38,728 nt of DNA from an uncultured Spartobacteria bacterium (lineage in GTDB: Bacteria; Verrucomicrobiota; Verrucomicrobiia; Chthoniobacterales; UBA6821), in assembly GCA_903933015.1 (NCBI GenBank), contig CAIZIQ010000021.1, positions 1 to 38,728 on the forward strand. Reading direction: 5' to 3'. The position numbers and the translations under genes are program-made. Below the pieces are notes generated by a model. The model had not been told where the DNA came from, made no database searches, and saw nothing but the letters and a program-made list of their open reading frames with translations. This document shows positions 1 through 9,556 of this stretch, one piece after another. Each line of letters opens with the position of its first letter. Position 1 is the stretch's first letter.

Positions 1-2565
1 CTTCACATCGGCTGCCTTCTCTCCGAAGATGGCGCGCAGGAGGCGCTCCTCCGGGGCAAGCTCGGTCTCGCTCTTCGGGGTGATCTTGCCGACGAGGATG
101 TCGCCGGGCTTCACCTCGGCACCGATGCGGATGACGCCGTCGGGCCCGAGATTTTGCAGGGCTTCCTCGCTGACATTCGGGATGTCGCGGGTGATTTCTT
201 CGGGTCCGAGCTTGGTGTCACGGGCTCCGATCTCGAATTCGTCGATATGGATGGAGGTGTAGATGTCCTCCTTGACGACGCGCTCGGATATGAGGATGGC
301 GTCCTCGAAGTTGTATCCGTTCCAGGGCATGAAGGCGACGAGCACGTTGCGGCCGAGCGCGAGCTCGCCGTTCTCGGTGTTCGGACCATCCGCAAGCACA
401 TCACCCTTCTTGATCACCTGGCCCTTCTTGACGATGGGCTTCTGGTTAATGCAGGTGCTGCTGTTGGAGCGCATGAACTTGCGCAGTTCGTAGACATAGA
501 TGCCGCTCTCGTGGTCATCCTTGATCTTCTTCTTGCCCTCGGGGAGCTCGCCGTCCTTGGTGACAATGATGCGCTGGGAGTCGACGGAAGCGATCTTGCC
601 GTTGGACTCGGAGACGATCACCGCGCGGGAATCGCGGGCGACGCGGCCCTCCATTCCGGTGCCGATGATCGGCGCGTCGGAGATTAGGAGAGGCACACCC
701 TGGCGCTGCATGTTCGAACCCATGAGCGCACGGTTGGCGTCATCGTGCTCGAGGAACGGGATGAGCCCTGCTGCCACGGAGACGAGCTGCTTGGGCGAGA
801 CATCCATGTACTGGACCTTCTCGGGCTCGATCTCGACGAAGTCGCCGCGGAAACGCGAGGAGACGGTCTCGCCGAGGAGCTTGCCCTTGGCATCGACGGT
901 GGAATTCGCCTGGGCGACGTAGAAGTTCTCGTCACGGTCGCCGGTGAGATACTCGATCTCGTCGGTGACGCGGCCGTTGACCACCTTCCGGTACGGGGTC
1001 TCGATGAAGCCGAAGTCGTTGACGCGGGCGTAGGTCGAGAGGGAGCTGATCAGACCGATGTTCGGACCTTCCGGTGTCTCGATCGGGCAGATTCGGCCGT
1101 AGTGCGAAGGATGGACGTCGCGGACCTCGAAGCCTGCGCGCTCACGTGAGAGACCCCCGGGTCCAAGGGCCGAAAGACGGCGCTTGTGGGTGAGCTCGGA
1201 GAGCGGGTTCGTCTGATCCATGAACTGGCTCAGCTGCGAACGGCCGAAGAAATCACGCACAACGGCGCTCAGCGACTTGGGGTTGATGAGCTTCTGCGGG
1301 GTGATGTGATCGACGGAAGGATCATAGAGGGCCATGCGCTCGCGGACGAGTCGCTCGGTGCGGGAGAGACCCACGCGGCACTGGTTGGCGAGAAGCTCGC
1401 CGACGGTACGGACGCGGCGGCTGCCGAGGTGGTCGATATCGTCAAGCATCCCGTCGCCCTTACGGAGCTTAAGGAGATAACGCATCGACTCAACGATGTC
1501 TTCCTTGCGGAGGATGCGGTCGTCGATCTTGGGATCGAGGCCGAGCTTCTGCTGGATCTTGTGACGGCCGACACGACCAAGGTCATAGCGCTTGGCGTCA
1601 AAGAAGAGGCGCTTGAGCATCCCTCGGGCATTCTGCACGGTTGGGGGATCGCCAGGGCGGAGCTTGCGGTAGATATCCTTGAGAGCCTCCTCCTCGTTGT
1701 GTGCAGGATCACGCTTGAGGGACTTGACGATGGTATCGTCTTCCTTGGTATCGATCACCTTGACGGTGGTATGACCGGCACGGATGAGGTCACGTATAAC
1801 GGCGGGAGTCAGTGGCTCGTAGGCACGGGCAATAATGGCATCACCCTCGCGGACATCCGCGAGCAGCACCTTGGTGCTGATCTCCTCCTCGTCGAGCTTG
1901 TCGGAGAGTTTCAGGTTCTCGATCTTGTAGAAAAGCGAGGCAATCTCCTCGTCGGTCGGGAATCCGAGTGCGCGGAGGAAGGTGGTGGCAAGGAACTTGC
2001 GACGGCGCTTACGACGGTCGAGGTAGACGTAAAGGAGGTCGTTCGTGTCGAACTGGACTTCGGTCCAGGAACCGCGGTCGGGGATGATGCGGAAACCATG
2101 CAGGAGCTTGCCATTGAGATGGACATCGGACTCGAAGCAGATACCGGGCGAACGGTGCAACTGGCTGACGACGACACGCTCGGCACCGTTGACGATGAAG
2201 GTTCCAGCACGGGTCATGAGTGGAATCTCACCCATGTAGACCTTCTCTTCCTTCGTGGATTTCTCGTCCTTATAACGGAAGGTGACGTAAAGAGGGGCGC
2301 TGTAGGTCTGCCCGTCGATCTGGCACTCCACGGGTCCCACCTTGGGCTCCTCGAGGGTGTAGTTGACGAAATCCAGGGAGGACTTCTCCTCAAACCCGAA
2401 GATCGGGAAGAACTCGCGGAACACGGCCTGTAGGCCAACGTTCTTACGCTTGGAGGGATCAACCCCGGTCTGGAAAAATTCCTCGTACGACTTGATCTGC
2501 AGTTCGATGAGGTTCGGGGGCTGGATGGCCTCGTGGAGTTTGCCGAAGGAGATGCGTTCAGACAT
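1..2565 (-). CDS. rpoB: DNA-directed RNA polymerase beta subunit (5' part; runs off the window edge)
   Basis: Manual minus-strand translation starts [32 protein letters not shown] at the ATG at 2565. It contains RpoB motifs ([39 protein letters not shown]) and reaches [18 protein letters not shown] at base 1. It is absent from the ORF track because there is no stop codon in the window. Confidence 0.99.
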   Translation of the reverse strand, partial: MSERISFGKLHEAIQPPNLIELQIKSYEEFFQTGVDPSKRKNVGLQAVFREFFPIFGFEEKSSLDFVNYTLEEPKVGPVECQIDGQTYSAPLYVTFRYKDEKSTKEEKVYMGEIPLMTRAGTFIVNGAERVVVSQLHRSPGICFESDVHLNGKLLHGFRIIPDRGSWTEVQFDTNDLLYVYLDRRKRRRKFLATTFLRALGFPTDEEIASLFYKIENLKLSDKLDEEEISTKVLLADVREGDAIIARAYEPLTPAVIRDLIRAGHTTVKVIDTKEDDTIVKSLKRDPAHNEEEALKDIYRKLRPGDPPTVQNARGMLKRLFFDAKRYDLGRVGRHKIQQKLGLDPKIDDRILRKEDIVESMRYLLKLRKGDGMLDDIDHLGSRRVRTVGELLANQCRVGLSRTERLVRERMALYDPSVDHITPQKLINPKSLSAVVRDFFGRSQLSQFMDQTNPLSELTHKRRLSALGPGGLSRERAGFEVRDVHPSHYGRICPIETPEGPNIGLISSLSTYARVNDFGFIETPYRKVVNGRVTDEIEYLTGDRDENFYVAQANSTVDAKGKLLGETVSSRFRGDFVEIEPEKVQYMDVSPKQLVSVAAGLIPFLEHDDANRALMGSNMQRQGVPLLISDAPIIGTGMEGRVARDSRAVIVSESNGKIASVDSQRIIVTKDGELPEGKKKIKDDHESGIYVYELRKFMRSNSSTCINQKPIVKKGQVIKKGDVLADGPNTENGELALGRNVLVAFMPWNGYNFEDAILISERVVKEDIYTSIHIDEFEIGARDTKLGPEEITRDIPNVSEEALQNLGPDGVIRIGAEVKPGDILVGKITPKSETELAPEERLLRAIFGEKAADVK

Positions 2566-2821
2566 GGTGCAGGATCTTTGGTGGCGCGTGGGTGACGATA
2601 CGATGTGCCGGTGTGGCGACTCTTCCTCTCAGGCTAGCGCCGGAAAGAAAGAGAAAGGGTTTGGGACTCCGGGGAGAGACAGGAAAATCGGTAGGCAAAA
2701 GAGCCGCCTGCTGCTGAATCCTTGATGGGATTCGCGCGGGCGGCAACAATTTCAGAGAGACTAAAGGTCGTGGTGCCGTGTTGCAGAGCTCGGGACAGGT
2801 GGAACTTTTTCTTTTACACCC

Positions 2822-2872
2822 TGCCGGCCATCCTGTCAACAGGGCAACCCCTGAAGTCAGCGATGACCGGCA
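2822..2872 (-). promoter_or_regulatory. Long stem-loop in the rplL-rpoB spacer (possible attenuator or RNase III site)
   Basis: Minus strand TGCCGGTCATC...GATGGCCGGCA forms an 11-bp stem (one G-U) about 20 nt after the rplL stop. The role is inferred by analogy with the E. coli rplL-rpoB spacer. Confidence 0.5.
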
Positions 2873-2892
2873 TTGAATGGCGTAATCGGTGA

Positions 2893-3279
2893 TTACTTGA
2901 TCTCGACCTTGGCGCCTGCGGCCTCGATCTTCTTCTTGATCTCCTCGGCCTCCTCCTTGGTGGCGCCTTCCTTGATGGCCTTGGGAGCGCTCTCGACGAG
3001 GGCCTTGGCCTCTGCGAGACCGAGTCCTGGGACTGCGGCGCGCACTTCCTTGATGACGCCGATCTTGTTGGATCCGGCTTCCTTGAGGATGACATCAAAT
3101 GCTGTCTTCTCCTCGGCGGCAGCGGCAGGTGCACCGGCAGCGGCACCACCGGCGGCGGCGACGGCGACGGGAGCGGCGGCGCTCACGCCCCACTTCTCTT
3201 CGAGAGCCTTCACGAGATCTGCGATCTGAAGGACGGTGAGGTTGCTGAGCTGATCGACTAGTGCTGTGTTATCGGACAT
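2893..3279 (-). CDS. rplL: 50S ribosomal protein L7/L12
   Basis: [28 protein letters not shown]...[10 protein letters not shown]...[18 protein letters not shown]. Confidence 0.99.
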   Translation of the reverse strand: MSDNTALVDQLSNLTVLQIADLVKALEEKWGVSAAAPVAVAAAGGAAAGAPAAAAEEKTAFDVILKEAGSNKIGVIKEVRAAVPGLGLAEAKALVESAPKAIKEGATKEEAEEIKKKIEAAGAKVEIK

Positions 3280-3300
3280 GGTGTTGTTTGGATTTTGATG

Positions 3301-3355
3301 CTGTCGCGTCCCGAAGCCTCAGGACATTTGAGTCCGGCAGCCGCCGGCCCGACAG
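3301..3355 (-). promoter_or_regulatory. Candidate structured RNA (three-way junction) in the long rplJ-rplL spacer
   Basis: CTGTCG/CGACAG closing stem encloses two hairpins, CCGGC-GGCT-GCCGG and GTCCTGA-GGCT-TCGGGAC; it ends 21 nt before the rplL ATG. Confidence 0.5.
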
Positions 3356-3457
3356 GTCATCGTGTTGTGTTTCCTTCACCCGTCGTGGCTTCGTACGCCG
3401 GGAGAAATTTTTTGTAAAAGGGTTTTGTTGCTTGGTGTTATCGAAATGATCGTACAG

Positions 3458-4063
3458 CTACTCGGCGGCTGGCGATTCTTCAGCGGGGGCTGCCTCGACC
3501 GGAGCGGCGGGAGCTTCCACGACCACCTCGGCAACCGGCGCTGCGGGAGCGGCGGGAGCTTTCTCGGCAATGGCTGCAAGGACGCGGGCCAAGCTGGCGC
3601 CAGGCTCATTGAGCGTACGAACAAGCTTGGTGGCGGGACTGAGCAGGAGCCCAAGGAGCTGGGCCTGAAGGACTTCCTTGGAGGGAAGGTCGGCCAGCGC
3701 GATCACTTGGGCTGTATCGAGGACGGAATTATCCAGGATACCTGCACGGATCTTAGGCTTCTCGAACTCGGCGGAGAAGGTCTTGAGGACCTTGGCTGCG
3801 GCGCAGATATCCTTTTCACCGACCACAAAGGCGGTCTGGCCGTTCAGGTGAGCATCAAGCTCAGGAAGGCCGGCATCCTTGATGGAGCGGCGGAGGAAGG
3901 TGTTCTTGACGACGGTCAGGCCTGCTCCCACGCCACCGAGGCGTGTGCGGAGTTCTGCAAAATGCTCGACGTTCATCCCGCCGTATTCGACGACGATGAG
4001 GAAGGGAGAGTCTGCGAGGCGTTTCTGAAGGTCCTCTACGATCGTGGGTTTCTCGGGGCGCAT
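3458..4063 (-). CDS. rplJ: 50S ribosomal protein L10 with Ala/Pro/Glu-rich C-terminal tail
   Basis: MRPEK..IVEDL...VVKNTFLRR...LADLPSKEVLQAQLLGLL; lies between rplA and rplL. Confidence 0.98.
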   Translation of the reverse strand: MRPEKPTIVEDLQKRLADSPFLIVVEYGGMNVEHFAELRTRLGGVGAGLTVVKNTFLRRSIKDAGLPELDAHLNGQTAFVVGEKDICAAAKVLKTFSAEFEKPKIRAGILDNSVLDTAQVIALADLPSKEVLQAQLLGLLLSPATKLVRTLNEPGASLARVLAAIAEKAPAAPAAPVAEVVVEAPAAPVEAAPAEESPAAE

Positions 4064-4087
4064 GGTGGTGTTCCTTGTTCCTGGGCG

Positions 4088-4789
4088 TTAGTTTTTGAGG
4101 AAGGGGGCTGCATCCACAAGGATGCCCGGGAGCATCGTGGCCGCAAGGGTCACGGACTCGACGAAGGCACCCTTTGCTGTGGCTGGGCGGGACTTGACCA
4201 CCGCATCGATCACGGCGCGGCCGTTGTCGAGCAACTGGGCCTCGCTGAAGGAAAACTTGCCCACAGGAACGGCGATGTTGGCATTCTTATCGAGCTTGAA
4301 TTCGACGCGCCCGGCCTTCACTTCCTGGACGGCCTTGGCAGTGTCGTCGCTAACGGTTCCGGTCTTCGGATTGGGCATCAGGCCGCGGGGACCGAGAACC
4401 TTACCGAGCTTGCGGACCTCGACCATGGCAGCCGGGGTGGCGATGGCGACGTCGAAATCAGAGAATCCACCCTGAACCTTCTTGAGCAGGTCTTCAAAAC
4501 CGACGAACTCTGCTCCAGCTTCCTGGGCGGCCGTGGCGGCTGCTCCGGAGGCAAAAACCAGGACTCGTACATTTTTTCCACTTCCATGGGGAAGGGGGCA
4601 GGTTCCACGGACCATCTGGTCACTCTGTTTGGGATCCACTCCGAGACGGATCGAGACGGTAACCGTCTGATCAAACTTGGTGGGAGGCATTTTTTTGAGG
4701 ACGGCGAGGGCGTCGCTCAGAGGATACTTGCGGCCCTGCTCAACGAGTTCGTTGGCGGCGCGGTAGCGTTTGCTGCGTTTGTGTTGCAT
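4088..4789 (-). CDS. rplA: 50S ribosomal protein L1
   Basis: KFDQTV...LGVDPKQSDQMVRGTCPLPHGSGK...LGKVLGPRGLMPNPKTGTV. Confidence 0.99.
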   Translation of the reverse strand: MQHKRSKRYRAANELVEQGRKYPLSDALAVLKKMPPTKFDQTVTVSIRLGVDPKQSDQMVRGTCPLPHGSGKNVRVLVFASGAAATAAQEAGAEFVGFEDLLKKVQGGFSDFDVAIATPAAMVEVRKLGKVLGPRGLMPNPKTGTVSDDTAKAVQEVKAGRVEFKLDKNANIAVPVGKFSFSEAQLLDNGRAVIDAVVKSRPATAKGAFVESVTLAATMLPGILVDAAPFLKN

Positions 4790-4796
4790 AGGAGTT

Positions 4797-4835
4797 GCAG
4801 TTCAAGCGGCTCTCAAGGTGATGAGAGCCTCCTGC
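4797..4835 (-). promoter_or_regulatory. Probable L1-binding autogenous operator upstream of rplA
   Basis: Minus strand GCAG-GAG-GCTCTCA-TCACCT-TGAGAGC-CGCTTGAA-CTGC forms two stems with an asymmetric internal loop (GGAG opposite ...UGAA), matching the L1 target architecture, 7 nt before the rplA ATG. Confidence 0.7.
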
Positions 4836-4856
4836 GGTTGGTTTTGGGTGAATTGC

Positions 4857-5282
4857 TTAAGCTTCGATCTCAATGCCCATCTGACGAGCGGTTCCGCAGA
4901 GGGTGCGGAAGGCTGCCTCTTCGCTGCGGGCATTCATATCCTTCATTTTGATTTTCACGAGGTCCATGACCTGCTTCTTGCTAAGCTTGGCAACCTTGAC
5001 CTTGTTCGGCTCCTTGGAGCCCGAAGCAATACCTGCTGCCTTTTTAAGAAGCACTCCGGCCGGCGGTTGCTTGGTGATGAAAGTGAATGTCTTGTCCTTG
5101 TAGACGGTAATAACGACGGGAAGGATATCTCCGGCCTGCTTCTGGGTGGCGGCGTTGAATTCCTTGCAGAAGGCCATGATGTTGACGCCCTGCTGACCGA
5201 GCGCTGGACCCACCGGAGGGGCGGGATTGGCCTGTCCGGCCGGAATCTGAAGCTTGATCTGTCCTGTGATTTCTTTGGCCAT
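4857..5282 (-). CDS. rplK: 50S ribosomal protein L11
   Basis: [38 protein letters not shown]. Confidence 0.99.
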   Translation of the reverse strand: MAKEITGQIKLQIPAGQANPAPPVGPALGQQGVNIMAFCKEFNAATQKQAGDILPVVITVYKDKTFTFITKQPPAGVLLKKAAGIASGSKEPNKVKVAKLSKKQVMDLVKIKMKDMNARSEEAAFRTLCGTARQMGIEIEA

Positions 5283-5473
5283 GGTTCTAGTTTGGAAAAG
5301 GGATTCGAAAAGAGTTTCTGCGCCTGTTTTGGCGAAAAAGGGTGGTAATAAAAGCTGAACCGAGCCTCGGGAGCAAGATGTTTCTTGATTTTTTATTATA
5401 GTATTCGTCCGCCCTCGATCCCTTCAACCAAGTTCCGATTGATCGAACCTCCGGAACGGATCAAAATGCCCGA

Positions 5474-6064
5474 GTGCGTTTTCAGCAACCCAATCAGATC
5501 AATCACACTGGTTTCCTGCTCGTGGCGCTACCCACCCTATTGGACCCGAATTTCCGCCGCTCCATCCTTTTCTTGACCCATCATGATCCGACGGAGGGCG
5601 CGATGGGCTTCATCATGAATCGACCCCGGCAAGAAAGTCTGGGAGATCTGACCGAAGCACCGGGAGGGCTTTCTGGAGTCCCGGTATTCGAGGGAGGTCC
5701 TGTGGAGCCCCAGAACCTGATCCTCACTCGACTGCTCTGGAAGGAAAGCGGAATTCGTTTCCAGTCGCTTGGCGTCGAGGATTTTTTGCCGCGGGAGCCT
5801 CAAGGAGATTCCGATCCCGAGAGTCACCATCAAAACTTAGGTAATAACCTCAGGGCTTTCACCGGGTATGCCGGATGGTCGGCCGGACAACTAGAGAGGG
5901 AAATCACTGAAAAGTCATGGCACCTCCTCAAGCCCACCGAGGCAATGCTGCTTCCGGTGACAACCCAGGAGGAGGGCGTAAATCGCTGGAAATCGGTGAT
6001 GAAAGATCTTGGCCCTTGGCACCACCTGCTTGCCCAGGCCCCGGATGATCTCTCCTTGAATTAA
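5474..6064 (+). CDS. yqgE: YqgE/AlgH family protein (DUF179)
   Basis: LLVA.P.L.DPNFRRSI...GAMGFIMNRP...VFEGGPV...RAFTGYAGWSAGQLEREI...W...P.D.SLN; GTG start uncertain. Confidence 0.92.
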   Translation: MRFQQPNQINHTGFLLVALPTLLDPNFRRSILFLTHHDPTEGAMGFIMNRPRQESLGDLTEAPGGLSGVPVFEGGPVEPQNLILTRLLWKESGIRFQSLGVEDFLPREPQGDSDPESHHQNLGNNLRAFTGYAGWSAGQLEREITEKSWHLLKPTEAMLLPVTTQEEGVNRWKSVMKDLGPWHHLLAQAPDDLSLN

Positions 6065-6072
6065 ATTCCGCG

Positions 6073-7068
6073 TCAGATTTTTCCTTGCTGGCGCAACCAG
6101 TCAGCGGTTGCGGCAAGGGTCTGCCTGAGTTTTTTGGAAGGTTTCCAGCCGAAGTGCTGGGAAAAGGGGGTCTCATCGCAGACCCACCGATCAGGCAGGA
6201 TTTCCCTGACGCGATCCCGGCCGAGGCTGGGAGCCGATGCACGCCAAGAAGGCACGGCGTCGATCAGCAGGGATGCCAACCTGACGGCAACTTGCGGAAC
6301 CGAGAGAGTGAATCCCCTCGCCCCGATGACCTCGGCTGCCGTGGAAATGAGTTCCGAATCCGTGATCGTGTCCTCCGACCCAAGGTAAAAGGGGCCATAC
6401 TGACCTGTTCTATCCCAGTCGGTGGATAGCACCGCAAGGATAGCCCGACAGAGATCGTCGACATCGATCCAGCTGTAGTGCTTTGCAGCGAAGCCTGGCT
6501 TGATCCGGACGGCGCCTTTGGCCATCTGGAACAAGGGAACGGTAGCGCTATCCCTCGGCCCCAGAACCATTGGGGGACGAAGTATCATGAGACGACGTCC
6601 CAGACGGTTTCGGAGTTCTCTCTCCATCGCCAGCTTGGATGCTCCATAGAAAGACACCGGCCGGTTATCATGATCAGACGTGCGTGCCACGGCACGCTTG
6701 GGTGTGGGCCCACCTGCTGCAAGCGATGAGAGAACGATGACCCGCGCAGTCCGTGGCAGTTGCGCCACCAGGCGAAGAGTTCCCTCCACATTGGTCTGAA
6801 AATAATCCTCCCTGCGCCTGCCGAAGAGAAGACCGGCGGCATGGATGACAACATCGGGCGCGGCATCCCGGGGAAGTTCCCAGAAATCACCTCTCACGCT
6901 GGTGATCACCATTCTTTCGTCGGCAATCCCCTCATCCTCCAATTGGGCACGGAGTTTTTCAGGGTTACGGACAGGAAGAAGAATACGGCTCCAGCGAGGA
7001 TGCCGCCGGAGATGAAGCAGGAGATTCCTCCCCACAAATCCTGTGGAACCGGTGATCAGCAGTTCCAT
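6073..7068 (-). CDS. NAD-dependent epimerase/dehydratase (extended SDR); candidate ceramide/3-keto-sphingoid reductase (CerR-like)
   Basis: ITGSTGFVG Rossmann motif, HAAG, SSLAA, YGASK catalytic motif; third gene after spt and the GNAT. ATG 7068 chosen over TTG 7113. Confidence 0.8.
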   Translation of the reverse strand: MELLITGSTGFVGRNLLLHLRRHPRWSRILLPVRNPEKLRAQLEDEGIADERMVITSVRGDFWELPRDAAPDVVIHAAGLLFGRRREDYFQTNVEGTLRLVAQLPRTARVIVLSSLAAGGPTPKRAVARTSDHDNRPVSFYGASKLAMERELRNRLGRRLMILRPPMVLGPRDSATVPLFQMAKGAVRIKPGFAAKHYSWIDVDDLCRAILAVLSTDWDRTGQYGPFYLGSEDTITDSELISTAAEVIGARGFTLSVPQVAVRLASLLIDAVPSWRASAPSLGRDRVREILPDRWVCDETPFSQHFGWKPSKKLRQTLAATADWLRQQGKI

Positions 7069-7119
7069 AAAGGGATGTCGCGATTCCGGGTGATCGTAAC
7101 GATCAAACGCCAAACTCTG

Positions 7120-8274
7120 CTACGACAGAGGCTTCTCGTAGAGTTCGTACGTGCGGGATCGATGGCCTCCCATCAGTTCCGCCGCCTCAAGAATCTCGGT
7201 GTTGTTGGCCTCGACCCAAGAGACTTCGGAAAGTTCATACTTGGCCTTTGCAATGCGGAAGCTCTCGAAAAAGAGCAGGGCACTGAGTCCCTTGTCACGG
7301 TAAGCGGGCTCAACGCCGAGAACCGTCAGACGGTCCGTCTTGATCTTCTGGAACTGGAGGCGCAGGGCCATTTCAAGGAAGCGGAAGATCCCTTTGCGGC
7401 CACGCGCTGCATGGAAGACCTCGTTCACATTGGGCAGAGCGAGCGTGAAGCCGACCTCACGGCCATCAACACAGACAAAGACGATGATGCTGGGGTCCGC
7501 AATCGCCTTGAGGTCATCGGCCGCATGCAGCAAATCCTCAAGGGCAATCGGATAAAATCCCCAGTTCCGGTCCAGACACTGGTTGTAAAGGCGGTGAATC
7601 GTCTCCAACTCCTTGTTCAGGTTCTTCATATCGATCGTTCGGATCGACACCTTGTTCCTCTTCTGCAGCCAGTTGACAATCTTGGTAACGCGGGCGGCGG
7701 GCTCCCTGTGCAGCGGGATATCCCATGCATACAAAGTACGGATATTCGTCAGGCCGGCGGCCTTGTAGACACCGTCATAATAGGAAGGATTCCATGGCAT
7801 GGAGATGAAGGTGGGCCTGTCATTACCCTCCGTCAGGACTCCGCAGTCATCGTTGATCGAGGGGTTGTAAGGCCCGCGCATCACCGTCAGCCCCCTTTCC
7901 TTAAGGATCGCAGCGGCAGCATCGGCCAGAGCTCTGGCAACGGAGACATCATCGATGAAGTCAAAAAAGCCAAAGAAGCCAATCGAATCTTTATTGTAGG
8001 CGTTGTGGGAGCGGTTGACGATCGCTGCAATGCGACCGACAGGCTTGCCGTCACGATAAGCGATCAGCGGCGTGATCTCGCCGTGTTTCTTCAGAAAGAC
8101 GGATTTCGGCCCGATCAGGCCGACAACACTACCTGGAAACGGCGGAGTGAATGCCGGATCCGTTCCGTGAAGAATCTCCGGAATCTGCTCGAACTTCCTG
8201 AGCTCCGCCGCGGTGCGGCAGGGCAAAATCGAAAACGTTCCGGCGGCGGCCTGGTTCTGTGTATGCTGGGTCAT
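7120..8274 (-). CDS. Double-GNAT YghO-like protein; candidate bacterial ceramide synthase (bCerS-like)
   Basis: GRIAA.VN...GFFGFFDFIDD...MRGPYNPSINDDCGVL.EG...MPWNPSYY...LGV.P.YR..G...SWV.ANN; directly downstream of spt. Confidence 0.78.
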   Translation of the reverse strand: MTQHTQNQAAAGTFSILPCRTAAELRKFEQIPEILHGTDPAFTPPFPGSVVGLIGPKSVFLKKHGEITPLIAYRDGKPVGRIAAIVNRSHNAYNKDSIGFFGFFDFIDDVSVARALADAAAAILKERGLTVMRGPYNPSINDDCGVLTEGNDRPTFISMPWNPSYYDGVYKAAGLTNIRTLYAWDIPLHREPAARVTKIVNWLQKRNKVSIRTIDMKNLNKELETIHRLYNQCLDRNWGFYPIALEDLLHAADDLKAIADPSIIVFVCVDGREVGFTLALPNVNEVFHAARGRKGIFRFLEMALRLQFQKIKTDRLTVLGVEPAYRDKGLSALLFFESFRIAKAKYELSEVSWVEANNTEILEAAELMGGHRSRTYELYEKPLS

Positions 8275-9460
8275 CGAAAGTTCCTAGTTCTCTCGCAATT
8301 CTGGCGAAAATGTCGAGCACCTTGTCGAGGTCCTCATCGGTATGGGTCGACATGAAGCTGGTACGGACGATCGCCTCTCCGTAGCGGACGGCCGGATAAA
8401 TGGCCGGAATAGCAAAAACCCCCTCCTCAAAGAGACGCTGTGCAAAGGCGAAGGCCTTGGCTTCGCTGCCGATGAGGATCGGAACGATAGGGCTCTGGGT
8501 GGATCCGATCTTGAAACCTATCGACTTGAAGCCCTCGTGCATCTTGCGGGTGTTCTTCCAGAGCATCTCGATACGCTCCGGCTCGGACTGCATGATTTGG
8601 AGAGCCTTGAGAACTCCACCGGTCACGGCTGGAGCAAGCGAGGCAGTAAAGATGAAGCAGCGGGCCTTGTGCTTCACGAACTCTATTAGTTCGTTTGATC
8701 CGGAGATGAACCCGCCCATGGAGCCGAAGGACTTGGAAAAGGTTCCCATGACGATCTCGACATCGTCATTGACTCCGAAATGATGAGCCACACCGCGTCC
8801 CTGAGGACCGACCACACCGAGTGAATGAGCCTCGTCGACATACATGACGGCACCGTATTCCTTGGCAGCCTTTACCATCGGAGGCAGATCAGCCATATCG
8901 CCAGACATACTGAAGACACCATCCATGATGATCAGACGTCCGGACTCCTCGGGGATTCGTTTGAGGCGATTGCGGAGGGCATCCACCGAGTTGTGACGGT
9001 AGGGAACCAGCTTGGCTGGAGCGACCTGGCATCCCTCAATGATCGATGCATGGTTCTCACGGTCGCAGAGAATAAAGTCATCGGCTTCGGTCAGTGCTGC
9101 AAGAGCCCCCTGGTTGGCAAAGAAACCGGTGGAGAACAGAAGGGCGCTTTCACGACCAAGGAACGCGGCCAACGCCTCCTCCAACTCATTATGGAGAGAG
9201 ATCGTGCCATTCAGGAGACGGGAACCGGTGCATCCGGCTCCGAACTTGCGGGTCGCATCGATGGCCGCCTCGACAACCCGGGGATCCTGAGCCAAGCCGA
9301 GGTAGTTGTTCGAGCCGATCATGATCTTCTCCTCGCCGCCGCAAACGACATGATTCCCGTAGCTCTGCTCGATGCAACGGAAATAGGGGTAGAATCCCTG
9401 GGCGCGCGCGTCCGCGGAATCTCTATACTCTCGGCACTTCTGGAATAGGTCTCTGGCCAT
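8129..9460 (-). CDS. spt: Serine palmitoyltransferase-like alpha-oxoamine synthase (PLP-dependent)
   Basis: YPYFR..., MIGSNNYLGL, GCTGSRLLNGT, DRENHASI, DGVFSMSGD, DEAH, GTFSKSF (PLP lysine). The YPYFR N-terminus, the GTFSKS motif and the gene context favour SPT over BioF/Kbl. The last ~45 aa overlap the next gene. Confidence 0.85.
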   Translation of the reverse strand: MARDLFQKCREYRDSADARAQGFYPYFRCIEQSYGNHVVCGGEEKIMIGSNNYLGLAQDPRVVEAAIDATRKFGAGCTGSRLLNGTISLHNELEEALAAFLGRESALLFSTGFFANQGALAALTEADDFILCDRENHASIIEGCQVAPAKLVPYRHNSVDALRNRLKRIPEESGRLIIMDGVFSMSGDMADLPPMVKAAKEYGAVMYVDEAHSLGVVGPQGRGVAHHFGVNDDVEIVMGTFSKSFGSMGGFISGSNELIEFVKHKARCFIFTASLAPAVTGGVLKALQIMQSEPERIEMLWKNTRKMHEGFKSIGFKIGSTQSPIVPILIGSEAKAFAFAQRLFEEGVFAIPAIYPAVRYGEAIVRTSFMSTHTDEDLDKVLDIFARIARELGTFDDPAYTEPGRRRNVFDFALPHRGGAQEVRADSGDSSRNGSGIHSAVSR

Positions 9461-9556
9461 GAAGAATTGTGGGTAAAATTCGCAGGAATCGGCGGGCGTG
9501 TAAACCCTTTCATTCTCCGTTAATGTGAGACAGTTCAGGGAACTGTCATGAGAAAA

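Noticed and set aside
154-2433. Long plus-strand ORFs (e.g. 1186..2433, 415 aa)
   Set aside because: Antisense shadows of rpoB caused by GC-rich codon bias; no recognisable motifs.
3362-5348. 529-aa and 192-aa plus-strand ORFs spanning the r-protein genes
   Set aside because: They lie antisense to rplJ, rplA and rplK and have no protein-family features.
8129-9460. Annotation as bioF (8-amino-7-oxononanoate synthase)
   Set aside because: No bio genes are adjacent; the YPYFR and GTFSKS motifs and the GNAT/SDR neighbours fit SPT better, although a phylogeny is needed to be sure.
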